DNA from: Clostridia bacterium
GTDB lineage: Bacteria; Bacillota; Clostridia; RUG12999
Length of the DNA stretch: 64,000 bases
Assembly (NCBI GenBank): GCA_017467445.1
Contig: JAFTSG010000010.1
Location: forward strand, 25,049-89,048
Direction of reading: 5' to 3'
Position 1 is the first letter of the stretch. Each line of letters begins with the position of its first letter. Shown here piece by piece: positions 38,419 to 47,572 of the stretch. The position numbers and the translations under genes were made by a program. The notes beneath the pieces were generated by a model. The model made no database searches. It was not told where the DNA came from and worked only from the letters and a program-made list of their open reading frames with translations.

Positions 38419-40245
38419 TTATTCTACAGTAACAGATTTTGCAAGGTTTCTTGGTTTATCCACATCACAGCCTTTGTTTACGGCCATGTAATATGCAAAA
38501 ATCTGAAGTGGCACAACTGTAAGTGCCGGTGCAAAAATATCAAGAGTTTTAGGTATGTAGTAAACAAAATCCGATTCGCTCTCAATTGCTGTATTACCTT
38601 CCTGTGCAATTGAAAATACAATAGCTCCACGGGTTTTTACTTCTTTAATGTTACTTACCATCTTGTCAAATATAGCTCCTTGTGTTGCAAGAGATACAAC
38701 AAGGGTTCCATCTTCAACAAGTGAAATAGTACCGTGTTTAAGCTCGCCTGCGGCATATGCTTCGGAATGAATGTAGGATATTTCCTTAAGTTTAAGAGAG
38801 CCTTCAAGACAAGTGCAGTAGTCAAGACCTCTGCCCAGGAAAAATACATCCTTTGCATTGAAATGTTTTGCCGCATAAGAAGAGAGCGGCTGCATATTAT
38901 CAAGAATTTGCTGTACCTTTGACGGGAGAGAGCAAAGTTCGTTAATAATTTCAGTAAGCTCTTCGTCCTTGATAGTACCTTTCATTTTTGTAAAATAAAG
39001 TCCGATTAAATACAGTGCCTGCATCTGCGTGCTGTATGCTTTTGTGGTTGCAACAGCAATTTCAGGACCTGCCCATGTATATAATACATCGTCTGATTCG
39101 CGGGCAATTGAACTACCCACAACATTTACAATTGAAAGAATTCGTGCGCCTTGTTTTTTAGCCTCGCGGAGCGCCGCAAGTGTATCTGCAGTTTCACCCG
39201 ACTGGCTTATTATAATAACAAGGTCATTTTTATTTATAATCGGGTTTCTGTATCTGAATTCCGATGCAAGCTCAACATCAACGGGAATTCGTGCAAGATG
39301 TTCAATGAAATATTTAGCAGTAACGCCTACGTGATATGCACTGCCGCATCCAATTATATATATTTTGTTAAACCTTTCAATATCTTCTTTTGTAAGAGTA
39401 ATATTGTCAAGAACAACATTTCCGTTTTCAATTCTGGGCATAACTGTGTTTGTTATTGCAGAAGGCTGTTCCATTATTTCTTTGAACATAAAATGTTCGT
39501 ATCCGCCTTTTTCTGCTGCAGATACATCCCAGTCGATATGGAAAACTTCTTTTTTTACTTCGGTTTTATCCGTATCAAGAACAGTAACCTGGTTATCTTT
39601 AAACCATACAATTTCCTTATCTTCAAGCAGATAAACATCTCTTGTATATTCAAGTACAGCAGGGATATCCGATGCAATATAGTTTTCGTTTTCGCCAATA
39701 CCTACAATAAGAGGACTGTCTTTTCTTACGGCGAACAACTCGCCAGGATGGGCGGCGGATACTATGCCGAGTGCATAGGACCCTTCAAGCTTTTCGGTAA
39801 GCTTAATGATTGCATCTATCATATCACCTTTATAATAATAATCAAGCAGATGAGAAACAACTTCAGTATCTGTTTCTGAAACGAACTTATATCCGCGTGA
39901 AATAAGTTTTTCTTTAAGTATTGCGTAGTTTTCGATAATTCCGTTATGAACAACGGCAATATCGCCGCGATTTGATGTATGTGGATGTGAATTTATATCC
40001 GACGGTTCGCCATGTGTTGCCCAGCGTGTGTGTCCTATACCGATACTTCCACTGATATTTTCACCGCTGATTTTATCACTTAAGACACTGAGTCTACCTT
40101 TTGCCTTACGTACACAAATCCTATTTTCATCTGTCAGAACAGCAATACCAGCTGAATCATATCCGCGGTATTCAAGTTTTGAAAGTCCGTTCAGAAGAAA
40201 CGGCACCGAAGGTTTTTTTCCAATATATCCTACTATTCCGCACAT
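38419..40245 (-). CDS. glmS: glutamine--fructose-6-phosphate aminotransferase
   Basis: N-terminal MCGIVGYIG (Ntn nucleophile Cys2), two SIS domains and the C-terminal ...VTVE. Confidence 0.95.
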   Translation of the reverse strand: MCGIVGYIGKKPSVPFLLNGLSKLEYRGYDSAGIAVLTDENRICVRKAKGRLSVLSDKISGENISGSIGIGHTRWATHGEPSDINSHPHTSNRGDIAVVHNGIIENYAILKEKLISRGYKFVSETDTEVVSHLLDYYYKGDMIDAIIKLTEKLEGSYALGIVSAAHPGELFAVRKDSPLIVGIGENENYIASDIPAVLEYTRDVYLLEDKEIVWFKDNQVTVLDTDKTEVKKEVFHIDWDVSAAEKGGYEHFMFKEIMEQPSAITNTVMPRIENGNVVLDNITLTKEDIERFNKIYIIGCGSAYHVGVTAKYFIEHLARIPVDVELASEFRYRNPIINKNDLVIIISQSGETADTLAALREAKKQGARILSIVNVVGSSIARESDDVLYTWAGPEIAVATTKAYSTQMQALYLIGLYFTKMKGTIKDEELTEIINELCSLPSKVQQILDNMQPLSSYAAKHFNAKDVFFLGRGLDYCTCLEGSLKLKEISYIHSEAYAAGELKHGTISLVEDGTLVVSLATQGAIFDKMVSNIKEVKTRGAIVFSIAQEGNTAIESESDFVYYIPKTLDIFAPALTVVPLQIFAYYMAVNKGCDVDKPRNLAKSVTVE

Positions 40246-40262
40246 ATCTTATCTTCCTTTCG

Positions 40263-41615
40263 TTAAATTAAAAATTTTTCTTCGAGAACTGCAGCAAGTC
40301 TTGCGGCATCGCACTGCATGTCATCAATGTTTTTACCTTCAATCATTATTCTTACAACAGGCTCTGTGCCCGATGGACGCACAAGAATTCTGCCTTCGCT
40401 GCCGTATTTCTGTTCAAGCAGGCTGATAAGTTCAACAACTTCTTTGTCGGCAAGCATCTGAGTTTTGTATTCGTTTTTAATCTTGGCATTAACAAGAACC
40501 TGGGGGAGAATAGTAACAGTTTTGCGAAGCACTGAGGCCGGTTTTCCGGTTTCCTTTAAAATTGTAATGAGTTTTATTGCGCTGATAAGTGCGTCGCCGG
40601 TAGTATTGTCAAGAAGAGAAATAATATGTCCGGACTGTTCGCCACCAATAACACTACCTTTTTCAAGCATCTTTTCAAGAACATATCTGTCACCAACACG
40701 TGCTTGTATAAACGAAATATCATTTTCCTTGAAGGTGAGAGGAAGTCCCATATTGCTCATTACAGTTCCAACAACAATATTGTTTTTAAGCTTATTTTTC
40801 TTCTTTAAATCAAGAGCAAGAAGGCCTATAATAACGTCACCATCAATAGCGCATCCCGTTTCATCAACGGCAATAAGTCTATCAGCATCTCCGTCAAAAG
40901 CAAGACCGATGTCGGCACCCGTATCTTTTACATATTTACAAAGCCTTTCAATATGTACAGAACCGCAGTCCTTGTTTATATTAATTCCGTCGGGTGAATT
41001 GTTTATAATGAAAACCTGTGCCCCAAGACGTTTGAATGCAAGTGGTGCGGCTTCAAAATTAGCACCATTTGAACAGTCAATAGCTATTTTGAGTCCTGAA
41101 AAATCTGTGTCCGTGCATTTGAGTGCAAAATCAACATAATCTTCCACGGCGGTTTTAAGATATGTTTTTCGACCTATCTTTTCGCCGACAGGCACGTCTT
41201 CAATAACTTTTTTTCCGAGAATATAGCTTTCAATTTCTTCTTCGGTTTCGTCAGGCAGTTTAAAACCCGACTGATTGAAAAATTTAATCCCGTTATATTG
41301 GAATGGATTGTGAGAAGCAGAAATAACAATACCGGCATCGGCTTTGTATTTACGCGTAAGATAGGCAACAGCAGGCGTAGGAACAACACCAAGCAAAACA
41401 ACCTGTGCTCCAACAGATAAAATTCCGGATACAAGTGCACACTCAAGCATATCGCTTGATATACGTGTATCCTTTCCAACTAAAATTTTTGGGGTGTGCA
41501 GACTGCTTTTCGTAAGTACATAAGCACCAAACCTTCCCAGATCATAAGCGAGCATCGGGGTAAGTTCGGTGTTTGCGACGCCTCGTACTCCGTCAGTACC
41601 AAAATATTTTCCCAT
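40263..41615 (-). CDS. glmM: phosphoglucosamine mutase
   Basis: MGKYFGTDGVRG N-terminus, active-site region SASHNP, 450 aa; 17 bp upstream of glmS. Confidence 0.93.
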   Translation of the reverse strand: MGKYFGTDGVRGVANTELTPMLAYDLGRFGAYVLTKSSLHTPKILVGKDTRISSDMLECALVSGILSVGAQVVLLGVVPTPAVAYLTRKYKADAGIVISASHNPFQYNGIKFFNQSGFKLPDETEEEIESYILGKKVIEDVPVGEKIGRKTYLKTAVEDYVDFALKCTDTDFSGLKIAIDCSNGANFEAAPLAFKRLGAQVFIINNSPDGININKDCGSVHIERLCKYVKDTGADIGLAFDGDADRLIAVDETGCAIDGDVIIGLLALDLKKKNKLKNNIVVGTVMSNMGLPLTFKENDISFIQARVGDRYVLEKMLEKGSVIGGEQSGHIISLLDNTTGDALISAIKLITILKETGKPASVLRKTVTILPQVLVNAKIKNEYKTQMLADKEVVELISLLEQKYGSEGRILVRPSGTEPVVRIMIEGKNIDDMQCDAARLAAVLEEKFLI

Positions 41616-41775
41616 TTTTTCTCCTTTCTGCTACCGCAGCAAATGAAGTGTTAAAATAAGCAGTATTAAGTAAAAGAGTAGTTCGCTGCTTTTATATATC
41701 CCTATTATATCATTAATTTAAATTAATTCAATACCTTTTTGTAGATTTTTTAGAAATATTTGTACTTTTTTTAGA

Positions 41776-42567
41776 TTATTGCATTTCAGGAAGTTCATTT
41801 AACGACTTAAATTCATATCCGGAAGCCTTAATATCGGTAATAATTTGGTCAAGGGCTTCGGCGTTATCTTTTGATACGGCATGCATAAGAATAATTGCGC
41901 CACCGTGAATATTATCCATAACTGCATTATAAACATACTGACTTCCTTTTTGCTTATTAACATCCCAATCCTCATAAGCCAATGACCATAAAACAGTTTT
42001 ATACCCGAGTGATTTTGTGGTCGCAAGACTTTTTTCGCTGTATTCACCTTTTGGAGGGCGCATAAATTTCATTGTTTTTCCCGTAAGAGAAAAAAGCTGC
42101 CTGTCAAGGTCAAGCATTTCATTTTCAAGCTCGGCAACCGTTTTTACTGATGGCATAGATGGGTGATTGACCGTATGATTTCCAACCTCATGTCCTTCAT
42201 CAAGCATGCGCTTTATAAGTTCGGGTTCGTTTTCAAGATAAGGTCCGGTAACGAAAAAACAGGCAGGTACCTGATGGGATTTAAGTACATCAAGAATTTC
42301 AGCAGTATATCCGTTTTCGTAACCTTCGTCAAAAGTAAGGAAAACATCCTTTGAATTTGCATCACCCATATAGTATGCGCCGTACTTAGCCAAAATTTCT
42401 CCTGAACCGGGATTGATATCGGGCGCGGCATTTGGGTTTTTCTTAAGTCCCCATTCAAACTTTTTATTACTTAAATTTTCAATTTCTGCCCCCGCGCCCG
42501 TTTTGTAGGTATTACTGCACCCACACAAAAATACAATAAAAAGTAGGAAGATGACGAATTTTTTCAT
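41776..42567 (-). CDS. polysaccharide deacetylase (NodB/CE4) lipoprotein
   Basis: Lipobox FLCGCS after the signal peptide MKKFVIFLLFIVFLCGC. CE4 motifs are present (TFDEGY ... HEVGNHTVNH). The start at MKKF is preferred. Confidence 0.8.
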   Translation of the reverse strand: MKKFVIFLLFIVFLCGCSNTYKTGAGAEIENLSNKKFEWGLKKNPNAAPDINPGSGEILAKYGAYYMGDANSKDVFLTFDEGYENGYTAEILDVLKSHQVPACFFVTGPYLENEPELIKRMLDEGHEVGNHTVNHPSMPSVKTVAELENEMLDLDRQLFSLTGKTMKFMRPPKGEYSEKSLATTKSLGYKTVLWSLAYEDWDVNKQKGSQYVYNAVMDNIHGGAIILMHAVSKDNAEALDQIITDIKASGYEFKSLNELPEMQ

Positions 42568-42695
42568 AAAAACACCTCTAATTCGCACTATTTGTTATTA
42601 AATTTATGCAAAGAAAGTAAAAAAAATGTTGAACTTAAGGGCTTTTATGTGATATAATTAAAATGATTGTAATTTTTATTAAAGGTGATAGTTAA

Positions 42696-43559
42696 ATGTC
42701 AGAGTTAAAACTCATTGAACTTGACATAAAAGGCAAAAAATTTGCCTCAAGAAAAATCAAAAGAATAAAATGGATGCTTCGTATTCTTGCAGTTGTAATT
42801 ATTCTTGCGTGCATCGGCCTTTCGGCATGGCTTATTTATAACGCAAAAAATCCACAACCGCAGCCGGAGCTGCCGCATACAGAAACACCCGTAATCGAAA
42901 CTGGAGCCGAGGTGCCGGATTATCCTGAAAAAGCAGATATTACAAGTTTTCTTATTGCTGATGAATCAATGGGTAAAAAAGCATACCTTACTTTTGATGA
43001 CGGTCCAAGCGAAAATACGGGCGCACTTCTTGATATACTGAAAACATATAACGTAAAAGCAACATTTTTTGTAACAGGCGAGGCGGCTGAAAGAAACCCT
43101 AATCTTCTTATAAGAATCCATAACGAAGGTCATTCCATAGGCAACCACAGCAACACACATGTATATGATTATATATATGACAATCCTGATTCGTTCTGGC
43201 TTGAAGTAACGGGTGCACAAACAATTCTTGAAAATATCCTTGGTGCAGATAACACGCAGAAACTTTTTAGATTCCCCGGTGGATCGTTCGGTGAAAAGAA
43301 AGCGCAGTTTATTCCGCTCATTGAAAGTATGGGATATAAATATGTAGATTGGAACGCCCTTAATGGCGATGCCGAAGGCGGCGACTTTACTGCAGAAAAA
43401 TCTATGGAATATATAAAAGAGCAGTGTGCGGATACGGGTAACGTAATTGTGCTTATGCACGATGCGAAAAATAAAACAGTTACGGTGGAAACCCTGCCAC
43501 AGATAATAGAATATCTTAAATCTGAGGGATATTTATTTGACAAAATAACAGTGAATTAG
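42696..43559 (+). CDS. polysaccharide deacetylase (NodB/CE4), membrane-anchored
   Basis: N-terminal TM (LRILAVVIILACIGLSAWLIY), then TFDDGP and HSIGNHSNTH motifs. Confidence 0.8.
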   Translation: MSELKLIELDIKGKKFASRKIKRIKWMLRILAVVIILACIGLSAWLIYNAKNPQPQPELPHTETPVIETGAEVPDYPEKADITSFLIADESMGKKAYLTFDDGPSENTGALLDILKTYNVKATFFVTGEAAERNPNLLIRIHNEGHSIGNHSNTHVYDYIYDNPDSFWLEVTGAQTILENILGADNTQKLFRFPGGSFGEKKAQFIPLIESMGYKYVDWNALNGDAEGGDFTAEKSMEYIKEQCADTGNVIVLMHDAKNKTVTVETLPQIIEYLKSEGYLFDKITVN

Positions 43560-43569
43560 AGGAAACAAA

Positions 43570-44367
43570 ATGTATTATGTGGATTACCATATACATTCCG
43601 TCTTTTCAAATGACGGATTTATAGAAATTGATGAGGCCTGCGATAAAGCAATCGCCGAAGGCTTTGCGGAAATTGCATTTTCCGACCACTTTGACCCGTG
43701 GGCGGAAAACCCGGATTGTATAGACGTTTACGACCCGAAAGCACAGCGTGCGGCAATAGAAACGGCAAGAGAAAAGTATAAAGGCAAACTTAAAATTCTC
43801 TATGCAGTAGAACTTGGACAGTCCCAACTTTATCCTGAAAACGCATCAAAAATCGTGCAAAACGATTATGACTATGTCCTGGGCGCAGTTCACAGCATAG
43901 AAAACGACCTTGACCTTGCAAGAATAAAGTATACAAGCAGTAATTTCAAATCATATATGATGACGTCATATAAACATATTCTTGAGGTTGCAAAACTTGA
44001 TTTGTTTGACTGTCTTGCACATCTTGATTACCCGAAACGCTATATGGCACTTCACGGACTGCGCGTAAAACCGTGTGACTATATGGATATAATTGAAGAA
44101 ATTTTAAAAACGGTAATTGCAAACGGCAAGGGGATAGAGGTTAACTGTTCGGGACTTCGTCACCGTGTTAACGAAACCTTGCCAAACATTGAAATACTTA
44201 AGCTTTATAAATCGCTCGGCGGTGAAATCATAACGGTTGGGTCAGATGCACACCGCTTTGAACACGCACTTTTGTACATAAAAGATGCATATGAGATTAT
44301 TAAAGAAGCAGGGTTTGATTATATAACTCTGTTTGATAAACGAATTCCAAAATTTGTTAAATTCTGA
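43570..44367 (+). CDS. PHP-family histidinol-phosphatase-like hydrolase
   Basis: N-terminal YHIHSVFSNDG (PHP motif I) and later His/Asp motifs (AFSDHFD, HLDYP). Confidence 0.75.
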   Translation: MYYVDYHIHSVFSNDGFIEIDEACDKAIAEGFAEIAFSDHFDPWAENPDCIDVYDPKAQRAAIETAREKYKGKLKILYAVELGQSQLYPENASKIVQNDYDYVLGAVHSIENDLDLARIKYTSSNFKSYMMTSYKHILEVAKLDLFDCLAHLDYPKRYMALHGLRVKPCDYMDIIEEILKTVIANGKGIEVNCSGLRHRVNETLPNIEILKLYKSLGGEIITVGSDAHRFEHALLYIKDAYEIIKEAGFDYITLFDKRIPKFVKF

Positions 44368-44380
44368 AAGGAGAATTTAT

Positions 44381-44953
44381 ATGAATACAAACACACAAAT
44401 TAAACAGATTGCAGAAAGAATAAAAGAACTTCGCGATATACTCGATATGTCCTCTGCTCAGGTAGCGAAGGAAGTCGGTATCCCCGAAGAAGAATATATG
44501 CTTTATGAAGATGCTAAAGCAGACATTCCTGTCAGCGTGCTTTACGCCGTCGCTTCGGCCCTCGGGGTCGACACAACAGTGCTTCTTACGGGTGAAACAC
44601 CGCGTATGGAGGGCTACACCGTTGTCAGAGACGGAAAAGGCGTTGAGGTTGAAAGATATGCAGGCTACAAATTTGCTTCTCTTGCAGCAAACTTTATCGG
44701 CAGAGAAATGGAACCGATGATTGTTACTTTAAATAAAGGGGACAAACCTGCAGAACTTGTATTTCATGCAGGTCAGGAAATCAACTATGTTATTGAAGGA
44801 ACTGTTATGGTTACAATCGGCAAAAAAACCATTACTCTTGAAAAAGGTGACAGTGTGTATTTTGATGCAATGCAGCTTCACTCTCAGCAGGCGCTTACCG
44901 ACACGGCAAAGTTTCTGACAGTTATTAACGAAAATGCGAAAGGATTGAAATAA
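44381..44953 (+). CDS. XRE-family HTH plus C-terminal cupin-domain transcriptional regulator
   Basis: HTH IKELRDILDMSSAQVAKEVGIPEEEY and a C-terminal cupin (VFHAGQEINYVIEGTV). RBS aaaggagaatttatATG. Confidence 0.75.
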   Translation: MNTNTQIKQIAERIKELRDILDMSSAQVAKEVGIPEEEYMLYEDAKADIPVSVLYAVASALGVDTTVLLTGETPRMEGYTVVRDGKGVEVERYAGYKFASLAANFIGREMEPMIVTLNKGDKPAELVFHAGQEINYVIEGTVMVTIGKKTITLEKGDSVYFDAMQLHSQQALTDTAKFLTVINENAKGLK

Positions 44954-44955
44954 AA

Positions 44956-46617
44956 ATGATAGAAAGGTTTGTTCCTCAGACAGAGTTTGAAAGCTATGAG
45001 GATTTTAAGCAAAACTATAAATTAATCGTTCCCGAAAACTTCAACTTTGCCTATGATATAATTGACGGATGGGCAGCCGAGGAAGATAATAAACCGGCAC
45101 TTTTCTGGTGTGACGACGAAGGACACGAAAAGGAATTCACGTTTGGTGACATTAAAAGATTAAGTAATAAGGTTGCAAATTACTATAAAAGGCTAGGTAT
45201 CAGAAAAGGGGATAAGGTAATGCTTATGCTCCGCCAGCGTCCCGAAGCATGGATATGTATCGTGGCACTTTGTAAGCTCGGTGCGGTAAGTATTCCGGCA
45301 ACCTTCCAGCTTACTCCTAAAGACATTGAATACCGATGTAACAGCGCCGAAATTAAAATGATTACCGCTGTTGATGACGATGAAATACTTAAACATATTG
45401 AGCTTTCAAAAGATAAATGTACAACTCTTGAAAAAATCGGTATCGTAGGTACAAACATTCCTGACGGAATGCTTGATTTCCGCAGTGAATATATAAAAGA
45501 AAGTGATGTGTTTGACCGACCGACAGGTGCAGAAGGCACAACCAACGAAGATACAATGCTTATCTATTTCTCATCCGGCACATCTGGAATGCCGAAAATG
45601 ATACGCCACGATTTCCGCTATCCGCTCGGACATATCGTAACGGCAAAATACTGGCAGAAAGTTCAGGACGGCGGCAGACATCTCACAATGTCGGATTCCG
45701 GCTGGGCAAAATTTGCGTGGGGTAAAATATACGGTCAGTGGATTTGCGGTGCCGAAATCGTTGCATATGACGATAAAAAATTCAATCCGGCACACCTGCT
45801 TGCTACACTCCGCAGGGTAAAACCGGTTACATTCTGTGCACCGCCAACGGTTTACAGATTCCTTATTAAAGAAGATATCACAAAAGAAGATTTTGCATCT
45901 GTTCAGCACGCATGCATTGCAGGCGAACCTCTAAACCCCGAGGTTTATAACAGATTTTATGACCTTACAGGACTTCGCCTTACAGAAGGATTCGGACAGA
46001 CAGAAACAACGGTTATCATTGCAAACTTCGGCTGGTTTGATGTTAAACCCGGTTCAACAGGTAAACCTTCACCGATTTATGATATTGATATTGTTGACGG
46101 CGACGGTAATTCTTGTGAAGACGGTATCGTAGGCTCAATCGTTATAAAAAATGCCACATCCGAACGTCCGGCAGGTCTTTTCAGAGAATACTACCGTGAC
46201 GAGCAGGCCAATGCAAAAGCATGGCAGGACGGTATGTATAATACGGGCGATACCGCATGGCGTGATGCCGACGGATATTACTGGTTCGTAGGAAGAAATG
46301 ACGATGTAATCAAATGTTCGGGTTACCGTATCGGACCATTTGAGGTTGAAAGTGCACTTCTTACACATAAAAGCGTACTTGAATGCGCAGTAACCGCCGC
46401 ACCCGACCCCATCCGCGGACAGGTTGTAAAAGCAACGGTTGTTCTTGCAAAAGGTTACACACCGTCGGACGAGCTCCGTAAAGAACTCCAGAATCACGTT
46501 AAGGTAACAACAGCTCCGTATAAATACCCGCGAATTCTTGAGTTTGTGGACGAGCTTCCTAAAACAATCAGCGGTAAAATCAAGCGTGCAGAAATAAGAA
46601 AAGAAGATAATAAATGA
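44956..46617 (+). CDS. AMP-forming acyl-CoA synthetase (acetyl/medium-chain ACS-like)
   Basis: IYFSSGTSGMPKMIRH AMP-binding motif, a YNTGDTAWRDADGYYWFVGRNDD hinge region and a C-terminal ISGKIKRAE Lys. Confidence 0.8.
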   Translation: MIERFVPQTEFESYEDFKQNYKLIVPENFNFAYDIIDGWAAEEDNKPALFWCDDEGHEKEFTFGDIKRLSNKVANYYKRLGIRKGDKVMLMLRQRPEAWICIVALCKLGAVSIPATFQLTPKDIEYRCNSAEIKMITAVDDDEILKHIELSKDKCTTLEKIGIVGTNIPDGMLDFRSEYIKESDVFDRPTGAEGTTNEDTMLIYFSSGTSGMPKMIRHDFRYPLGHIVTAKYWQKVQDGGRHLTMSDSGWAKFAWGKIYGQWICGAEIVAYDDKKFNPAHLLATLRRVKPVTFCAPPTVYRFLIKEDITKEDFASVQHACIAGEPLNPEVYNRFYDLTGLRLTEGFGQTETTVIIANFGWFDVKPGSTGKPSPIYDIDIVDGDGNSCEDGIVGSIVIKNATSERPAGLFREYYRDEQANAKAWQDGMYNTGDTAWRDADGYYWFVGRNDDVIKCSGYRIGPFEVESALLTHKSVLECAVTAAPDPIRGQVVKATVVLAKGYTPSDELRKELQNHVKVTTAPYKYPRILEFVDELPKTISGKIKRAEIRKEDNK

Positions 46618-46620
46618 TGA

Positions 46621-46646
46621 AAAGCGACCGAACGGTCGCTTTTTTG
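46621..46646 (+). terminator. Rho-independent terminator after the acyl-CoA synthetase
   Basis: AGCGACCG-aac-GGTCGCT followed by TTTTT. Confidence 0.65.
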
Positions 46647-46701
46647 TATAACCTGTAAAAATTGTGGTAATAATTGATGAAACAACATTTTTGGAGGAAC
46701 T

Positions 46702-47286
46702 ATGACATTACTTAGGATTTCATCAATTACATTACTTGGAAGTATAATTATTTCAGTTATCTTATCAACTGCCATTGTTTGTGCGGGAAGTGAACCCAAA
46801 CCTGCATTTGATGGCGAGATAGTGCGCCTGCACGTTATTGCAAACAGTGATACGGACTTCGACCAGGCACTTAAACTTAAAGTGCGTGATAGCGTACTTG
46901 CGGTGTCAAAAGCAGTCGAAAGTGCAGAAATGTCAATAGATTTTGCGCGAGAAAATGCAGAAACTATGCGTACAGCCGCCCTTGAAACAATAAAAAAAGA
47001 AGGGTATAGCTATGATGTGAAAATTGAAGTAGGAGTCTTTCCTTTTCCTGCAAAAGCCTACGGAGATTTGATATTCCCTTCAGGAGATTATAACGCCGTA
47101 AGAGTGGTGATAGGTGAGGGGAAAGGGCAAAATTGGTGGTGCGTAATGTTTCCTCCGCTTTGTTTTACAAATGAAACTACTGCTACAATGCCGGAAGAAT
47201 CAAAAGATATGCTTTCTGATGAAACAAAAGATATGCTTGGCGGCGGCAAATATAAAATTAAATTCAAACTTGCGGAAATTTTTTGA
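46702..47286 (+). CDS. spoIIR: stage II sporulation protein R
   Basis: Signal/TM N-terminus and a conserved IVRLHVIANSDTDFDQALKLKVRD core, 194 aa. Confidence 0.82.
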   Translation: MTLLRISSITLLGSIIISVILSTAIVCAGSEPKPAFDGEIVRLHVIANSDTDFDQALKLKVRDSVLAVSKAVESAEMSIDFARENAETMRTAALETIKKEGYSYDVKIEVGVFPFPAKAYGDLIFPSGDYNAVRVVIGEGKGQNWWCVMFPPLCFTNETTATMPEESKDMLSDETKDMLGGGKYKIKFKLAEIF

Positions 47287-47305
47287 AGATGATGCTAATT
47301 TAGGC

Positions 47306-47334
47306 TTGACATAAATTTGAAATTGTGTTATAAT
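47306..47334 (+). promoter_or_regulatory. sigma-A promoter for the tRNA-Ser pair
   Basis: TTGACA at 47306-47311, a 17-bp spacer, then TGtTATAAT (-10 at 47329-47334). Confidence 0.5.
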
Positions 47335-47347
47335 ACTAAAGTCGCGT

Positions 47348-47434
47348 GGAGAGATGTCCGAGTGGTTTAAGGAGCTAGTCTTGAAAACTAGTGACTCGAA
47401 AGAGCCCAGAGTTCGAATCTCTGTCTCTCCGCCA
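47348..47434 (+). tRNA. tRNA-Ser (anticodon TGA), with long variable arm and encoded CCA
   Basis: Acceptor GGAGAGA/TCTCTCC, anticodon loop CTTGAAA, long variable arm (GTGACTCGAAAGAGCCC), T-arm GAGTTCGAATCTC, CCA at 47432-47434. Confidence 0.8.
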
Positions 47435-47480
47435 TTAATTTTATAAGAGGCAACCGAGTTTCGTCAGGTTGCCGCTTCGT

Positions 47481-47572
47481 GGAGAAGTACTCAAGTTGGC
47501 CGAAGAGGCGCCCCTGCTAAGGGTGTAGGTCGGGTAACCGGCGCGAGAGTTCAAATCTCTCCTTCTCCGCCA
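47481..47572 (+). tRNA. tRNA-Ser (anticodon GCT), with long variable arm and encoded CCA
   Basis: Acceptor GGAGAAG/CTTCTCC, anticodon loop CTGCTAA, long variable arm, T-arm GAGTTCAAATCTC, CCA at 47570-47572. The 3' 23 nt are repeated at 53856-53878. Confidence 0.8.

Noticed and set aside
39151-39879. 242-aa plus-strand ORF antisense to glmS
   Set aside because: Embedded in glmS; low-complexity Phe/Ile/Asn-rich translation.
40465-41139. 224-aa plus-strand ORF antisense to glmM
   Set aside because: Embedded in glmM; no support.
40246-41775. Looked for a glmS ribozyme upstream of glmS or glmM (minus strand)
   Set aside because: glmM and glmS are 17 bp apart. The region upstream of glmM has a good TTGAAT-16-TGaTATAAT promoter and short hairpins, but not the long conserved ribozyme core.
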